Shown in pieces: positions 29,943-39,522 of a stretch of 64,000 nucleotides of DNA. The notes below the pieces were generated by a model. The model saw nothing but the letters and a program-made list of their open reading frames with translations. It ran no database searches and was not told the origin of the DNA. The stretch covers positions 32,324 through 96,323 of the forward strand of contig JBGAWK010000001.1 in the NCBI GenBank assembly GCA_044227665.1. The letters run 5' to 3'. The stretch comes from Chitinophagales bacterium (GTDB taxonomy: Bacteria > Bacteroidota > Bacteroidia > Chitinophagales > JADIYW01). Positions within the stretch are counted from its first letter, which is position 1, and the number at the start of each line of letters is the position of its first letter. The translations under genes were made by a program, and so were the position numbers.

Positions 29943-31070
29943 TTAGATAATGCCTTTGGTGCTGGGAATTCCTGAGCCTGTGCGGCATTTTGCCGCTTTG
30001 ATTGCCTTGGCCAGTGCTTTGAATATGGACTCTATCTTGTGGTGTTCATTGTCTCCTTCTGCTTTTATATTTAGATTACATCTTGCAGCATCGCTAAAAG
30101 ATTTAAAAAAATGGAAAAACATTTCTGTGGGCATATCACCGATAAATTCTCTGCTAAAATGTGCCTTCCACACGATCCAGGGTCTGCCTCCAAAATCTAT
30201 TGCCACCTGTGCCAATACGTCGTCCATAGGCAACACAAAAGCATATCTTTCTATACCCTCTTTGTTGCCCAATGCTTGAACTAAAGCCTCGCCAAGTGCC
30301 AGTGCCGTATCTTCGATGGTATGATGTTCATCTATCTCTAGATCTCCTTTTACGTGAATACTGAGGTCTATCTCTCCATGTCGTGCAAGCTGTGTGAGCA
30401 TGTGGTCAAAGAAGCCCAATCCTGTACTAATATCATATTTGCCGGTACCATCTAGGTCTAATGTTACGGAAATATCTGTTTCTGAGGTTCTTCTATGTAC
30501 TTGGGCGGTACGATGTGGCAGGGCAAAAAATTGATATATTTCACGCCAGTGTTTGGCTTGTAATACTAAAGTTTCTTGTAAGTCCCCTAAGTTTAGTTTA
30601 TCATCATCTACCGTATCTGAACTGCGACCTATGAGTATGCCCCTTGCGGTAAGATTTTTCGCCAATTGGATGTCGGTATATCTGTCGCCAATAACATAAG
30701 AATTTTCTAAATCATACTCTTCAAAAAAATATTCCTCCAACATGGCTATCCCGGGCTTGCGCGTAGGCAAATGTTCATGGGCAAAAGATTTGTCTATATG
30801 TACCGCTTGAAAATGTATGCCTTCATCCGCCAATAGCTGTAAGATAAAGTTTTGTACGGGCCAAAAGGTGTCTTCAGGAAATGATGGCGTGCCTAATCCA
30901 TCCTGATTGGTGACCATCGCCAACTCAAAATTATTTTCTTGCACTATTTTTTTTAGATAATAGATACACTCTGGCAGAAATCTAAGTTTTTGAAAGTTAT
31001 CTATCTGCCAGTCCTCAGGCTCGTGGATGAGTGTGCCATCACGGTCTATGAATAATACACGTTTTTTCAT
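29943..31070 (-). CDS. hisB: Bifunctional histidinol-phosphatase / imidazoleglycerol-phosphate dehydratase
   Basis: HAD N-terminus LFIDRDGTLI...VTNQDG. IGPD blocks GDLEIDEHHTIEDTALALG and GDNEHHKIESIFKA. Confidence 0.9.
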   Translation of the reverse strand: MKKRVLFIDRDGTLIHEPEDWQIDNFQKLRFLPECIYYLKKIVQENNFELAMVTNQDGLGTPSFPEDTFWPVQNFILQLLADEGIHFQAVHIDKSFAHEHLPTRKPGIAMLEEYFFEEYDLENSYVIGDRYTDIQLAKNLTARGILIGRSSDTVDDDKLNLGDLQETLVLQAKHWREIYQFFALPHRTAQVHRRTSETDISVTLDLDGTGKYDISTGLGFFDHMLTQLARHGEIDLSIHVKGDLEIDEHHTIEDTALALGEALVQALGNKEGIERYAFVLPMDDVLAQVAIDFGGRPWIVWKAHFSREFIGDMPTEMFFHFFKSFSDAARCNLNIKAEGDNEHHKIESIFKALAKAIKAAKCRTGSGIPSTKGII

Positions 31071-31234
31071 ATTGCGTAAAGGTAGTAAGGTTTTGGCAGA
31101 AGATACGCCGCATCTTAGGATTGCCTATTGAATAAATTTTACATTTAGTGTTAAACTGCATACTTATCGTATTGATTATTATATGTAAACCATACTTTTT
31201 GGTATTTTTGACGACAAATAATCCTAAATAGCCT

Positions 31235-32578
31235 TTGCAAGCCCAGTCCATAGCATTACAACAGAGAATGTTGCTCCCGAAAAGCTCCTTTATAGATTTG
31301 TCCAAGACAATATTTATGGCGTTTTACTTTTTGTTTTTGGGCAATGGGGCCCTAAGTTTGACACCTTTAGCTTCTATATATGGACTTTTCATGGCAGCCT
31401 CTGCTTCTATCTCCTTAGTATTTTGTTTTTTTTACCTTCCAGATGTTTTTTTATTCAAAAAGAGGTTCAAGGCTATAGATATCATCTCCATCCTGTATTG
31501 CTCCCTGACCCTATACTCCGCTATGTCACAGGTAGTAATATTTGATACCAAGATAATAAAGGCTATATTGTATGCAGGAAAAAACTATTTCTATACTTTC
31601 AATATTTTCTTTTTTTACTATTTATTTCGTGCTAGAATTATCTCTCCAAAGCATTATAATTATGGATATTTAATTGTATGCTGGGTAAATCTTGTATTAT
31701 ATCTCTACTTGATGTTTACCATTAATCCCGCTTTATACCGAGACTCTGAATTGGTAGGTTACAATCCCTCTAAGGGCGGCTATGTATTTAATTTCCCTCC
31801 GGGATTTATACAATATGGTGCCAATTTTTATTTCTTAGTCTTTGTCTTTCGCAAGAAGTTTTGGGCTTTAGCTTTATGGGCTGCCTTGATGGCGTATATC
31901 ATATTTTTTGATAAAGGGCGTATATTGGCGATACAGACTTTAGGAGCACAATTTGCTTTTATGTTCATCTTTACGCCTTGGCAGACTTCTTTACGTCGCG
32001 GATTTCAGATAATCTTGGCAGGCGTGGCAACCATAGGTATCATTTGGTATGTAAAACCCGATTTATTAGATACCGTATTCGGGATGTTTAAGATATTCTT
32101 CGAGATGCTCACTGGAACTGAAACAGGTGAAGGCTCTGCAGATTCCCGATTTTTGCAGTTTGCTGCTGTATTCAATTTTTTGGACAAACATCCTATGGCA
32201 TGGTTTACCGGCATAGGCTTTATGCCACTAGAAGAAAGGTTGTATAGAGTAGGCTATGTAAACCCCACGGATACGGGAATTGTCGGTATTTTATTGATAT
32301 TTGGCATAATCGGCACGGTTTTAAATTATCTATTTATGATATACCCTTTGATGGCTTTTATAAAAATTAAACATTTTAAAAATAATCTCATTTATAATGC
32401 TGCTATACTTAGTATTATTATGCAGATTATCAATTCACTCTTTACAGGAGGCTTTGTATATATACCCTTCTCGATATTGAATATTTTTGTATTAATAGAT
32501 ATATTTTGGAGAGAAGACAAAATAATTGATTATCAATTAAAAAGACAAAAATATGATTCACAAAAAACTGTTTCTTAG
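31235..32578 (+). CDS. Polytopic membrane protein, Wzy/O-antigen-polymerase-like
   Basis: About 10-12 hydrophobic segments with a larger loop in the C-terminal half (TGTETGEGSADSRFLQFAAVFNFLDKHPMAWFTGIGF). The start is uncertain (TTG 31235, ATG 31268 or ATG 31316). The region is AT-rich. Confidence 0.4.
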   Translation: MQAQSIALQQRMLLPKSSFIDLSKTIFMAFYFLFLGNGALSLTPLASIYGLFMAASASISLVFCFFYLPDVFLFKKRFKAIDIISILYCSLTLYSAMSQVVIFDTKIIKAILYAGKNYFYTFNIFFFYYLFRARIISPKHYNYGYLIVCWVNLVLYLYLMFTINPALYRDSELVGYNPSKGGYVFNFPPGFIQYGANFYFLVFVFRKKFWALALWAALMAYIIFFDKGRILAIQTLGAQFAFMFIFTPWQTSLRRGFQIILAGVATIGIIWYVKPDLLDTVFGMFKIFFEMLTGTETGEGSADSRFLQFAAVFNFLDKHPMAWFTGIGFMPLEERLYRVGYVNPTDTGIVGILLIFGIIGTVLNYLFMIYPLMAFIKIKHFKNNLIYNAAILSIIMQIINSLFTGGFVYIPFSILNIFVLIDIFWREDKIIDYQLKRQKYDSQKTVS

Positions 32579-34172
32579 CATATTTATCTTCACACTTATC
32601 GGTGCTATTTTGGGATATGTATTGCCTAAGCCGCCCATATTTAAAACCCCTTCTTCAAAAAACAAACCTTCGGGAGAGGGGAGTGCCGCAGAAATTGTTA
32701 CCCCAAAAAATGCGCGACTACACACAGGTGGTAGTATTACCGCAGATTTAAAAATAAACACGGATAGCACCTACTATGTTGATCCTCAATTATTTAATTT
32801 CAGTCTAGGGTTTATGTTTGGCAATACTATGGACGAAATGGCAGAGGTAAGAAAATTAATAAAAGACCTAAAGCCAAATATATTCAGGTTTCCTGGTGGC
32901 ACCGTTGCTAATTTCTACCATGTGGACGGTGCTGGATATGGCATGAAAGAGAATGAAGTGCAAACGGTTCCAATTTATCAGCTGAATCAAAAATCACGTC
33001 AAAATATGTCTAATAATATGATAGACAGATTTATACCCCTAGTAAAAGAAAATAATGCTAAAGTTCTGTTAGTTGCTAATATGTACACATCTAGTCCGGA
33101 TGAAATAGTAGCAATGGCGAAGCAATTCAGGGCTAACGGCATAGAAATAGTTGGTATAGAATTGGGCAACGAACTATATTTCAAAGTATATGAAGGTAAA
33201 ATTCCTGATGGCGAGACATATTTGGCAAAATGTAAGGAATTTGTTCCCGTAATAAAAGCTTATGATAAGACTATTCCTCTCGGCGTAGTTGCCTGTCCTA
33301 TTGGTGGAAGTGCCAATAAAGAAAAATTTCTTGCGTGGAACAAATTGATAGGAAAACAGGATTTTTATGATGCCTATATTATCCATGAATATACACAATG
33401 TAAGGCTTGTAATCAACAGGAGACGCCTGATATGGATTTAATATTTAATCAGTGTGGTATGACCGTAACTTCAATTACATATAACAATGTACGCCAATTT
33501 GTATATGACTATTACAAGCAATTTTTTCCTAATAAAAAACAGTGGATTACCGAATGGAATACGATCAATACAGAACCCTATATGTCAAACACATTTTTGC
33601 AAGGAGCTCATAATGCAGATTATCTGCTAAATATTATAGATGTAAATGCCGCTAATAATAATCCTATCAGCATGGCCTCTTTTCATGCACTAGCAGGCGA
33701 TGGAATTACTTTTCCCATGATATTTTATAAAGAGAATCAGAAAGTTACACTAAATGGAGATAAATCTATTAGCACTACCGCTTCTTATTATACCTTTTAT
33801 TTCTTTAGAAACATCTTTTCCAATAGCGCTAGAAAATGCAAGCAATCCCTTACATTAAGCAACGGTGGTACAGAAAAAGATGTACTAATTAGATCTTTTA
33901 TAAGTGCTGATAAGAAAAAAATGTATGTCTATTGCATAAATAAAACTGGGAGCAATAGCAATTTGAACATTCGTGGAATTAATTCAAAATCAATTAGTTA
34001 TGAGTATATACAAGGGAGTCAGCTTTGGTCTTTGGGAAGCAGTAATAACCAAGCTATGAGTAAAAAAGGAACTAATAACGATATCATGAACTTAAGTACT
34101 AAAACTTTTATCAGTTCCACAGGAATAGCCATTCCTTCATTTAGTTATGGTATTTTAGAGATTAGTATATAA
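32553..34172 (+). CDS. Membrane-anchored clan GH-A (TIM-barrel) glycoside hydrolase-like protein
   Basis: N-terminal single TM (LFLSIFIFTLIGAILGYVL). NIFRFPGGTVANFYH, acid/base-type GIELGNELY and nucleophile-type WITEWNT blocks typical of GH-A families (GH39/51/79-like). C-terminal beta-rich region. Overlaps the upstream gene by 26 nt. Confidence 0.5.
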   Translation: MIHKKLFLSIFIFTLIGAILGYVLPKPPIFKTPSSKNKPSGEGSAAEIVTPKNARLHTGGSITADLKINTDSTYYVDPQLFNFSLGFMFGNTMDEMAEVRKLIKDLKPNIFRFPGGTVANFYHVDGAGYGMKENEVQTVPIYQLNQKSRQNMSNNMIDRFIPLVKENNAKVLLVANMYTSSPDEIVAMAKQFRANGIEIVGIELGNELYFKVYEGKIPDGETYLAKCKEFVPVIKAYDKTIPLGVVACPIGGSANKEKFLAWNKLIGKQDFYDAYIIHEYTQCKACNQQETPDMDLIFNQCGMTVTSITYNNVRQFVYDYYKQFFPNKKQWITEWNTINTEPYMSNTFLQGAHNADYLLNIIDVNAANNNPISMASFHALAGDGITFPMIFYKENQKVTLNGDKSISTTASYYTFYFFRNIFSNSARKCKQSLTLSNGGTEKDVLIRSFISADKKKMYVYCINKTGSNSNLNIRGINSKSISYEYIQGSQLWSLGSSNNQAMSKKGTNNDIMNLSTKTFISSTGIAIPSFSYGILEISI

Positions 34173-34198
34173 AGCATTGATATATAATTGATTATCCT

Positions 34199-36064
34199 TC
34201 AATTCTTACTAATATATATCATTAATACAGAAATATCTGAAGGCGAGACTCCAGAAATTCTACTCGCTTGTCCTAAATTTTCGGGACGTATTTTGCTTAG
34301 TTTTTCTCTAGATTCTAAAGACAACGAGCTTATCCCTTTGTAGTCGAAATTCTTAGGAATCTTCATCACATCAAGTTTTTGTAATTTATTGGCATGATCA
34401 TATTCCCTGTCAATATATCCTTTATACTTAATAAGAATCTCTGCTTGTTCTATTTCTTCTCTACTAATGCTAGGAAAATTATTATTCAGGTCGGGAATAA
34501 TTTGTAATAATTCTACTAGTGTAACATGGGGACGTGATAAGATTTTATCTAATTTCATTTTCTGATCTATGGTGCTAGAGCTCTTAGATTCTAGGAAAGG
34601 GTTAATATCCAGAGGAGCAATAGAAAATTTAGAAATAAAGTCAGTTAGCATATTGACATTATCCATTTTCTTTTGCAATCTTGTATAACGTATTTCTTCA
34701 GCAAAGCCCAATTTATATGACAGTTCAGTAAGACGGATATCAGCATTATCTTGGCGCAATAATATTCTAAATTCCGCCCTCGATGTAAACATGCGGTAGG
34801 GCTCATCTGTACCTTTATTGATTAGATCATCAATTAATACCCCTATATAGGCTTGTGAGCGTGACAGTATTAGAGGTTCTTCATCTCTTACAGCTAAGCA
34901 AGCATTAATTCCAGCCATCATGCCTTGACATGCGGCTTCTTCATATCCAGTAGTACCATTAATCTGTCCCGCAAAAAATAGATTTTTAATAATTTTAGTC
35001 TCCAAGGACGGCAATAACTGAGTAGGAGGGAAGAAGTCGTACTCTATAGCATAACCCGGTCTGAACATCTTGGCCTTTTCAAACCCAGGTATTTTTGATA
35101 GTGCTTTTTGTTGTACCTCCTGGGGCAGAGATGTAGAAAATCCATTTAAATAAACTTCTACCGTATTGCGACCTTCTGGCTCTACAAATAGTTGGTGTCT
35201 ATCTTTATCAGAAAATCTATTGATTTTATCTTCAATGGAAGGACAATATCTTGGTCCTAAGCCCTTGATACGTCCTTGAAACATAGGAGATTTATCAAAG
35301 CCTGTCTTTAACAGCTCATGTACTTCATTATTTGTATAAGTAATATAACAGGGTAATTGCTCTATATTCTTAGGAGTATCTAGGTAGGAGAAGCCCACCA
35401 CATCCTCGTCGCCATGCTGTACTTCCATGGCTTTGTAATCAATACTGCGACCATCTATACGGGGTGGCGTTCCCGTTTTCATTCTACCACTATATAGTCC
35501 TAGGCCTACAAGCTGTTCCGTAAGACCTTTTGCAGCACTCTCTCCAGCCCTGCCACCACCAAATTGTTTTTCTCCAATATGTATAATTCCATTTAGAAAT
35601 GTGCCATTTGTAAGTACTACGGCTTTCGCATGAAAGTGGATACCCATGCTTGTTACTACGCCTTTACATACATTATTTTCTACGATAAGGGATTGCACCA
35701 TTTCTTGCCAAAAGTCAATATTTGGTGTTTCTTCCAGCATCTGTCTCCAAGTAGCAGCAAACTGCATTCTATCATTTTGGGCGCGAGGACTCCACATTGC
35801 AGGACCTTTCGATGTGTTGAGCATTCTAAACTGTATCATACTCTTGTCGGTTACTATGCCAGAGTAGCCGCCCATTGCATCTATTTCACGAACTATCTGC
35901 CCCTTAGCTACACCGCCCATAGCTGGGTTACATGACATTTGACCTATAACCTGCATATTCATAGTCACGAGCAATACCTTTGACCCCATCTTGGCAGCGG
36001 CCACTGCTGCCTCACAGCCTGCATGTCCAGCACCTACTACTATTACATCATATTTATTTTCCAT
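34199..36064 (-). CDS. mnmG: tRNA uridine-5-carboxymethylaminomethyl modification enzyme MnmG (GidA)
   Basis: YDVIVVGAGHAGCEAA FAD motif. 621 aa with conserved blocks throughout. Confidence 0.95.
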   Translation of the reverse strand: MENKYDVIVVGAGHAGCEAAVAAAKMGSKVLLVTMNMQVIGQMSCNPAMGGVAKGQIVREIDAMGGYSGIVTDKSMIQFRMLNTSKGPAMWSPRAQNDRMQFAATWRQMLEETPNIDFWQEMVQSLIVENNVCKGVVTSMGIHFHAKAVVLTNGTFLNGIIHIGEKQFGGGRAGESAAKGLTEQLVGLGLYSGRMKTGTPPRIDGRSIDYKAMEVQHGDEDVVGFSYLDTPKNIEQLPCYITYTNNEVHELLKTGFDKSPMFQGRIKGLGPRYCPSIEDKINRFSDKDRHQLFVEPEGRNTVEVYLNGFSTSLPQEVQQKALSKIPGFEKAKMFRPGYAIEYDFFPPTQLLPSLETKIIKNLFFAGQINGTTGYEEAACQGMMAGINACLAVRDEEPLILSRSQAYIGVLIDDLINKGTDEPYRMFTSRAEFRILLRQDNADIRLTELSYKLGFAEEIRYTRLQKKMDNVNMLTDFISKFSIAPLDINPFLESKSSSTIDQKMKLDKILSRPHVTLVELLQIIPDLNNNFPSISREEIEQAEILIKYKGYIDREYDHANKLQKLDVMKIPKNFDYKGISSLSLESREKLSKIRPENLGQASRISGVSPSDISVLMIYISKN

Positions 36065-36081
36065 TTTATTTTATTTTACCT

Positions 36082-36102
36082 TAGTTTCACGTGAAACTAA
36101 AA
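36082..36102. repeat. Palindromic repeat copy 1 (AGTTTCACGTGAAACT core)
   Basis: TAGTTTCACGTGAAACTAAAA contains a perfect 16-bp palindrome at 36083-36098. A 19-nt exact copy recurs 50 nt downstream. Confidence 0.8.
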
Positions 36103-36123
36103 GGGCTGCCCGATGGGCAGCCC
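36099..36123 (-). terminator. Rho-independent terminator after the porP/sprF-like gene
   Basis: GGGCTGCCC-GAT-GGGCAGCCC forms a perfect 9-bp GC-rich stem with a 3-nt loop. On the minus strand it is followed by TTTT. It begins 23 nt after the stop codon at 36147. Confidence 0.7.
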
Positions 36124-36131
36124 GAAATATG

Positions 36132-36152
36132 TGGTTTCACGTGAAACTAAAA
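36132..36152. repeat. Palindromic repeat copy 2 (GTTTCACGTGAAAC core), overlapping the porP/sprF-like stop codon
   Basis: TGGTTTCACGTGAAACTAAAA. The 19-mer GTTTCACGTGAAACTAAAA is identical to 36084-36102. The palindrome is 14 bp perfect. Confidence 0.8.
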
Positions 36153-37169
36153 CTTGGGACAGGACATCAAAGGATATCGTTTGTCTTTTTCTATTGGTGG
36201 TGATACATACATAAGGGACAGCTCCAATGCCCCAAAGCTATTTACCGCCTGGTTAATCCCCCCCATAGTGGCATCATAACTCACTCCAAACTGGAATCCT
36301 TTATGCTGCATACCTCCAGAGACAATAAAAGCCTTGTTCATATCATACCAAGCACCTATGAACATATTGGTTTCAAAGGGTTTACGCTTTCCGGACAAGT
36401 TTACATAAAAGTTTGTTCCGCCTATAAAATCCATGGCTTTTGCCTGGGTTTGAAATATCGCATTGGGATTTATAATAAATTTCTTGCCTATGGCATAGGT
36501 CAATCCTCCATGAGCATTTATGCGTCTCTCTCTCTCTGCGTCAGAAGACAAAAAATTGTCATTAGGCTTTAGAATATTATTCAAAGACCCTCCAGCATAT
36601 ACGCTAAGCTCATCTGTAAACGAAGAAGACCAAAATAAACCTATATTCAAATTAGGGCGGATATAGTTAGCCCTTTCCAAAGACTCTCCACTGTTTATAG
36701 ATTTATCAAAGCCTACTAAGGGCTTGTATTGTGAGTTGAATACCAAATTGTTGGCATCCAATTTTCTTTGCATAAACCCAAATTGGAAACCGGCACTCAA
36801 ATAATGGTTTTTGTCATAACCCAATCCTTTATGATATGCTGCAGAGACATACATATAGTTTGATTTTAATAATCCAGAGGCTTGGTTATCTGTAACAAAG
36901 TTTATACCTACACCCAAGATGTCATCATTAAGGACATCTCTCAACAGCCCTGCATCTGCTGAGGCACTCATGGTCATATACGGCGAGGGCGTTAGTACTG
37001 GTGTATATTGCATCCTATAATTTGCCATAACACGATACAGGCTATTAATCTTACCTGTCAATGCCGGGTTTAAGTTTAAAGGCGAATTATAAAACTGGGA
37101 AAATTTGTAGTCCTGAGCGCTTAATTCACTCACAATCAATAAACTAAATAAAAATATATACTTCTTCAT
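36147..37169 (-). CDS. PorP/SprF-family type IX secretion system membrane protein
   Basis: MKKYIFLFSLLIVSELSAQDYKFSQFYNSPLNLNPALTG is the characteristic PorP/SprF N-terminus. Beta-barrel-like sequence with a C-terminal F. Confidence 0.8.
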   Translation of the reverse strand: MKKYIFLFSLLIVSELSAQDYKFSQFYNSPLNLNPALTGKINSLYRVMANYRMQYTPVLTPSPYMTMSASADAGLLRDVLNDDILGVGINFVTDNQASGLLKSNYMYVSAAYHKGLGYDKNHYLSAGFQFGFMQRKLDANNLVFNSQYKPLVGFDKSINSGESLERANYIRPNLNIGLFWSSSFTDELSVYAGGSLNNILKPNDNFLSSDAERERRINAHGGLTYAIGKKFIINPNAIFQTQAKAMDFIGGTNFYVNLSGKRKPFETNMFIGAWYDMNKAFIVSGGMQHKGFQFGVSYDATMGGINQAVNSFGALELSLMYVSPPIEKDKRYPLMSCPKF

Positions 37170-37215
37170 GAAAATATTAACAGACTAAAGTATGGATTTT
37201 TTTTTAATTAGCATA

Positions 37216-38472
37216 TTATTCGGAAAAAATATAAAAAAATATAACTTCTCCAAATAATTCCCCTTCCATCGCCTGAGATAATATATCGTTATGTAGTAGG
37301 ACAGTAAAAAGACCCTCTACTTCTTTTATATTCTTTTTTAGCTCTATAATTTCCGCAATAATTTCCTTTTTAACACAGTTTTTGTAATACAAATAAGTAG
37401 CATCCATCATGGCAAAAGGATAAACTTTTAGGGTGGTAATCTGCTCCTGTGTAATATCGTACCAAATATATGGGCGGGACATTCCTGTAATAAAGCCTAT
37501 TGTATCATAATAGCCCAAGGAATAATCTTCTTCTATGCCTATCTGTAGTATGTTTTGAAAATACTGCGGCATAAAATATCGCAAAAAATGAGCTCTGGAT
37601 TTTTTAGGATACACTGAAAAACTATGATAAAATATTGCGTTTTCTGTAGCAAAGGAATTGGAAAAAGAACTTTGATAGCTATAATGAATGCCTATTTTTT
37701 CATTGTCAATACCAGAAGATGAAAATTTATGCTGTATGTACTTGCTGTCAATATTATTTATACTATTGTGCGTCCCTGATTGCAATAATAAAAAGTACTG
37801 TATAGAAGGATGATTTTTACCTAAATATTTAAAAATTGAGAAGGGGTCGTTGTCTTCTATCCATCCCTGTTTTTTTAAAAGTCTAATAGGATAGTCTCGG
37901 GAGTATATCTTTCCTTTGATATTTCCCAAAAACCCTCTTTGTTGTATCAGGCTATAATGATCTACATCCATAGTAAGATTAACTTCATACTTGTGAGGTA
38001 AAATAATATTCAGATGAAAATAATCATTGAGTATGGCAACGAATTTCTTTATCCAGTATTCTACTACGGGCTTCTTAAAATTATTATGCTTAAAGGCTAT
38101 GGTGTCTTCCTTGCGAATGCGCCCATGAATATCTGCCTCATAAGCGAAGTAGGCATCGTAGTGGGTAAGATAATAAAACAGGGCAGAGAATATGTCGAAA
38201 GGAAGTCGGAAGCCAGGCGGTGCCAAGAAGGGTATATACGTATCCTCCCATATCGCCACATCATCTATATTATAGGGTTTTATGTCATCATCATTTAAGA
38301 GGCCATAATCGTATATAGTAAAAGAAGTGCTATCAGCCTTGTCGCTGTATTCTATACAATTTGCTGTGTGCTGCGAAGTACAGATAAAGGGCAAACCTAT
38401 ATAATCTGAAAGTATTGCACACACATAGCGGTGTCTGTTGGTAATGTTAGGAATGTAGATAAAAATAGCCAC
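37216..38472 (-). CDS. Hypothetical cytoplasmic protein, possibly DUF7033 + divergent NodB-like polysaccharide deacetylase
   Basis: No signal peptide. The N-terminus IYIPNITNRHRYVCAILSDYIGLPF resembles the ITxRxxY...LG start of that family, and NLTMDVDHY resembles its ThDvD block. Based on recollection only. Confidence 0.35.
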   Translation of the reverse strand: MAIFIYIPNITNRHRYVCAILSDYIGLPFICTSQHTANCIEYSDKADSTSFTIYDYGLLNDDDIKPYNIDDVAIWEDTYIPFLAPPGFRLPFDIFSALFYYLTHYDAYFAYEADIHGRIRKEDTIAFKHNNFKKPVVEYWIKKFVAILNDYFHLNIILPHKYEVNLTMDVDHYSLIQQRGFLGNIKGKIYSRDYPIRLLKKQGWIEDNDPFSIFKYLGKNHPSIQYFLLLQSGTHNSINNIDSKYIQHKFSSSGIDNEKIGIHYSYQSSFSNSFATENAIFYHSFSVYPKKSRAHFLRYFMPQYFQNILQIGIEEDYSLGYYDTIGFITGMSRPYIWYDITQEQITTLKVYPFAMMDATYLYYKNCVKKEIIAEIIELKKNIKEVEGLFTVLLHNDILSQAMEGELFGEVIFFYIFSE

Positions 38473-38513
38473 CTCAAAATGATATCCTCGGTAAATTTAC
38501 CAAAAAGCATAAC

Positions 38514-39251
38514 GTGTCGTATCAGATAATTTTACCGCAGTTCGAGGGGCCATTTGACTTACTGCTTTTTTTTATAGAAAGAGATGAGATAAATATCTAT
38601 GATATTCCGATATACAAAATTACGCACGACTTTTTACAATACATTAGAACCCTTGAATCCAAAAACATTGACGTAGCTGGAGAATTCATCGTAGTAGCTG
38701 CTACCTTGATGCGAATAAAAGCTAAGATGTTACTGCCGCGCAAAGAAATTGATGATCAAGGAAATGAAATAGACCCTAGACAGGAGCTGGTACAGCAATT
38801 ATTGGAATATCGAAGATTTAAGGCTGTTGTAGAGGAGATGCGCTATCTAGAAGGAGAGCGTATTGAAAGATTTTCACGTGGAACAGTACGGTCTGAACAA
38901 CAAAATGTACTACAAAATATACTTATAGAAGGGGATTTGGAAACCATATCTCTATACAAATTGATGAATGTGTTTTATAAAGTCATGGACAGGTATAAGT
39001 ACGTTAGTACGAAAGTAGAACACAAAGTAGTGGCTTTGAAATATTCTATAGAAGATTGTAAAAAGCAACTATCTCTACATTTTTCTAAGCATAAAAGAAG
39101 CAAGTGTAAGGTATTATTTGAAATATGTGAAGACAGGCTACATGCTGTAGTGGTACTTTTGGCATTATTGGAGATGATACAATCCCAGATACTTACATTA
39201 CATAGTAGTGAAGGGTACAATAACTTTTATATAGAGCAAATAGAAAATTGA
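38514..39251 (+). CDS. scpA: Segregation and condensation protein A
   Basis: LPQFEGPFDLLLFFIERDEINIYDIPIYKIT and LALLEM blocks. GTG start. Confidence 0.85.
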   Translation: MSYQIILPQFEGPFDLLLFFIERDEINIYDIPIYKITHDFLQYIRTLESKNIDVAGEFIVVAATLMRIKAKMLLPRKEIDDQGNEIDPRQELVQQLLEYRRFKAVVEEMRYLEGERIERFSRGTVRSEQQNVLQNILIEGDLETISLYKLMNVFYKVMDRYKYVSTKVEHKVVALKYSIEDCKKQLSLHFSKHKRSKCKVLFEICEDRLHAVVVLLALLEMIQSQILTLHSSEGYNNFYIEQIEN

Positions 39252-39255
39252 GGAA

Positions 39256-39522
39256 TTAGCGTCTTCCCGAATTAATCTCTTTTATTTTACTCATGATTTT
39301 GGCTTGCAAGTCATCAGGGGTATTTCTATAGGATACGGTAGTACTTACTGCCTTCTTTAAGGACTTCAGCTGATTAAATTTTTGAATACATATAGGGCAA
39401 GATTCTACTGCTTGCTGTACTGTAGCAGCAGTATGGCGATCTAATTCACCATCCAATAGCAATTGGATTTTTGCTTGGGTTTCAGAGCATATATGTGATG
39501 AACCTCTATTTGCCATAATCAT
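39256..39522 (-). CDS. Soluble zf-HC2/RsrA-like anti-sigma factor
   Basis: 88 aa with no TM. Cys12 and C42-P-I-C45 lie in LLLDGELD...AVESCPICIQKF. ATGA overlap with the upstream sigma gene. Confidence 0.7.
   Translation of the reverse strand: MIMANRGSSHICSETQAKIQLLLDGELDRHTAATVQQAVESCPICIQKFNQLKSLKKAVSTTVSYRNTPDDLQAKIMSKIKEINSGRR

Noticed and set aside
31101-31115. Imperfect palindrome AGATACGCCGCATCT about 35 bp upstream of hisB
   Set aside because: There are two mismatches in 15 bp and only a single occurrence. There is no known Bacteroidota his regulator motif to compare with, so the evidence is insufficient to call an operator.
31039-31305. 88-aa minus-strand ORF in the hisB/Wzy-like spacer
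   Set aside because: It overlaps the hisB 5' end and the start of the Wzy-like gene. It has Cys/Lys/Ile-rich composition without motifs and is probably a chance ORF in AT-rich DNA.
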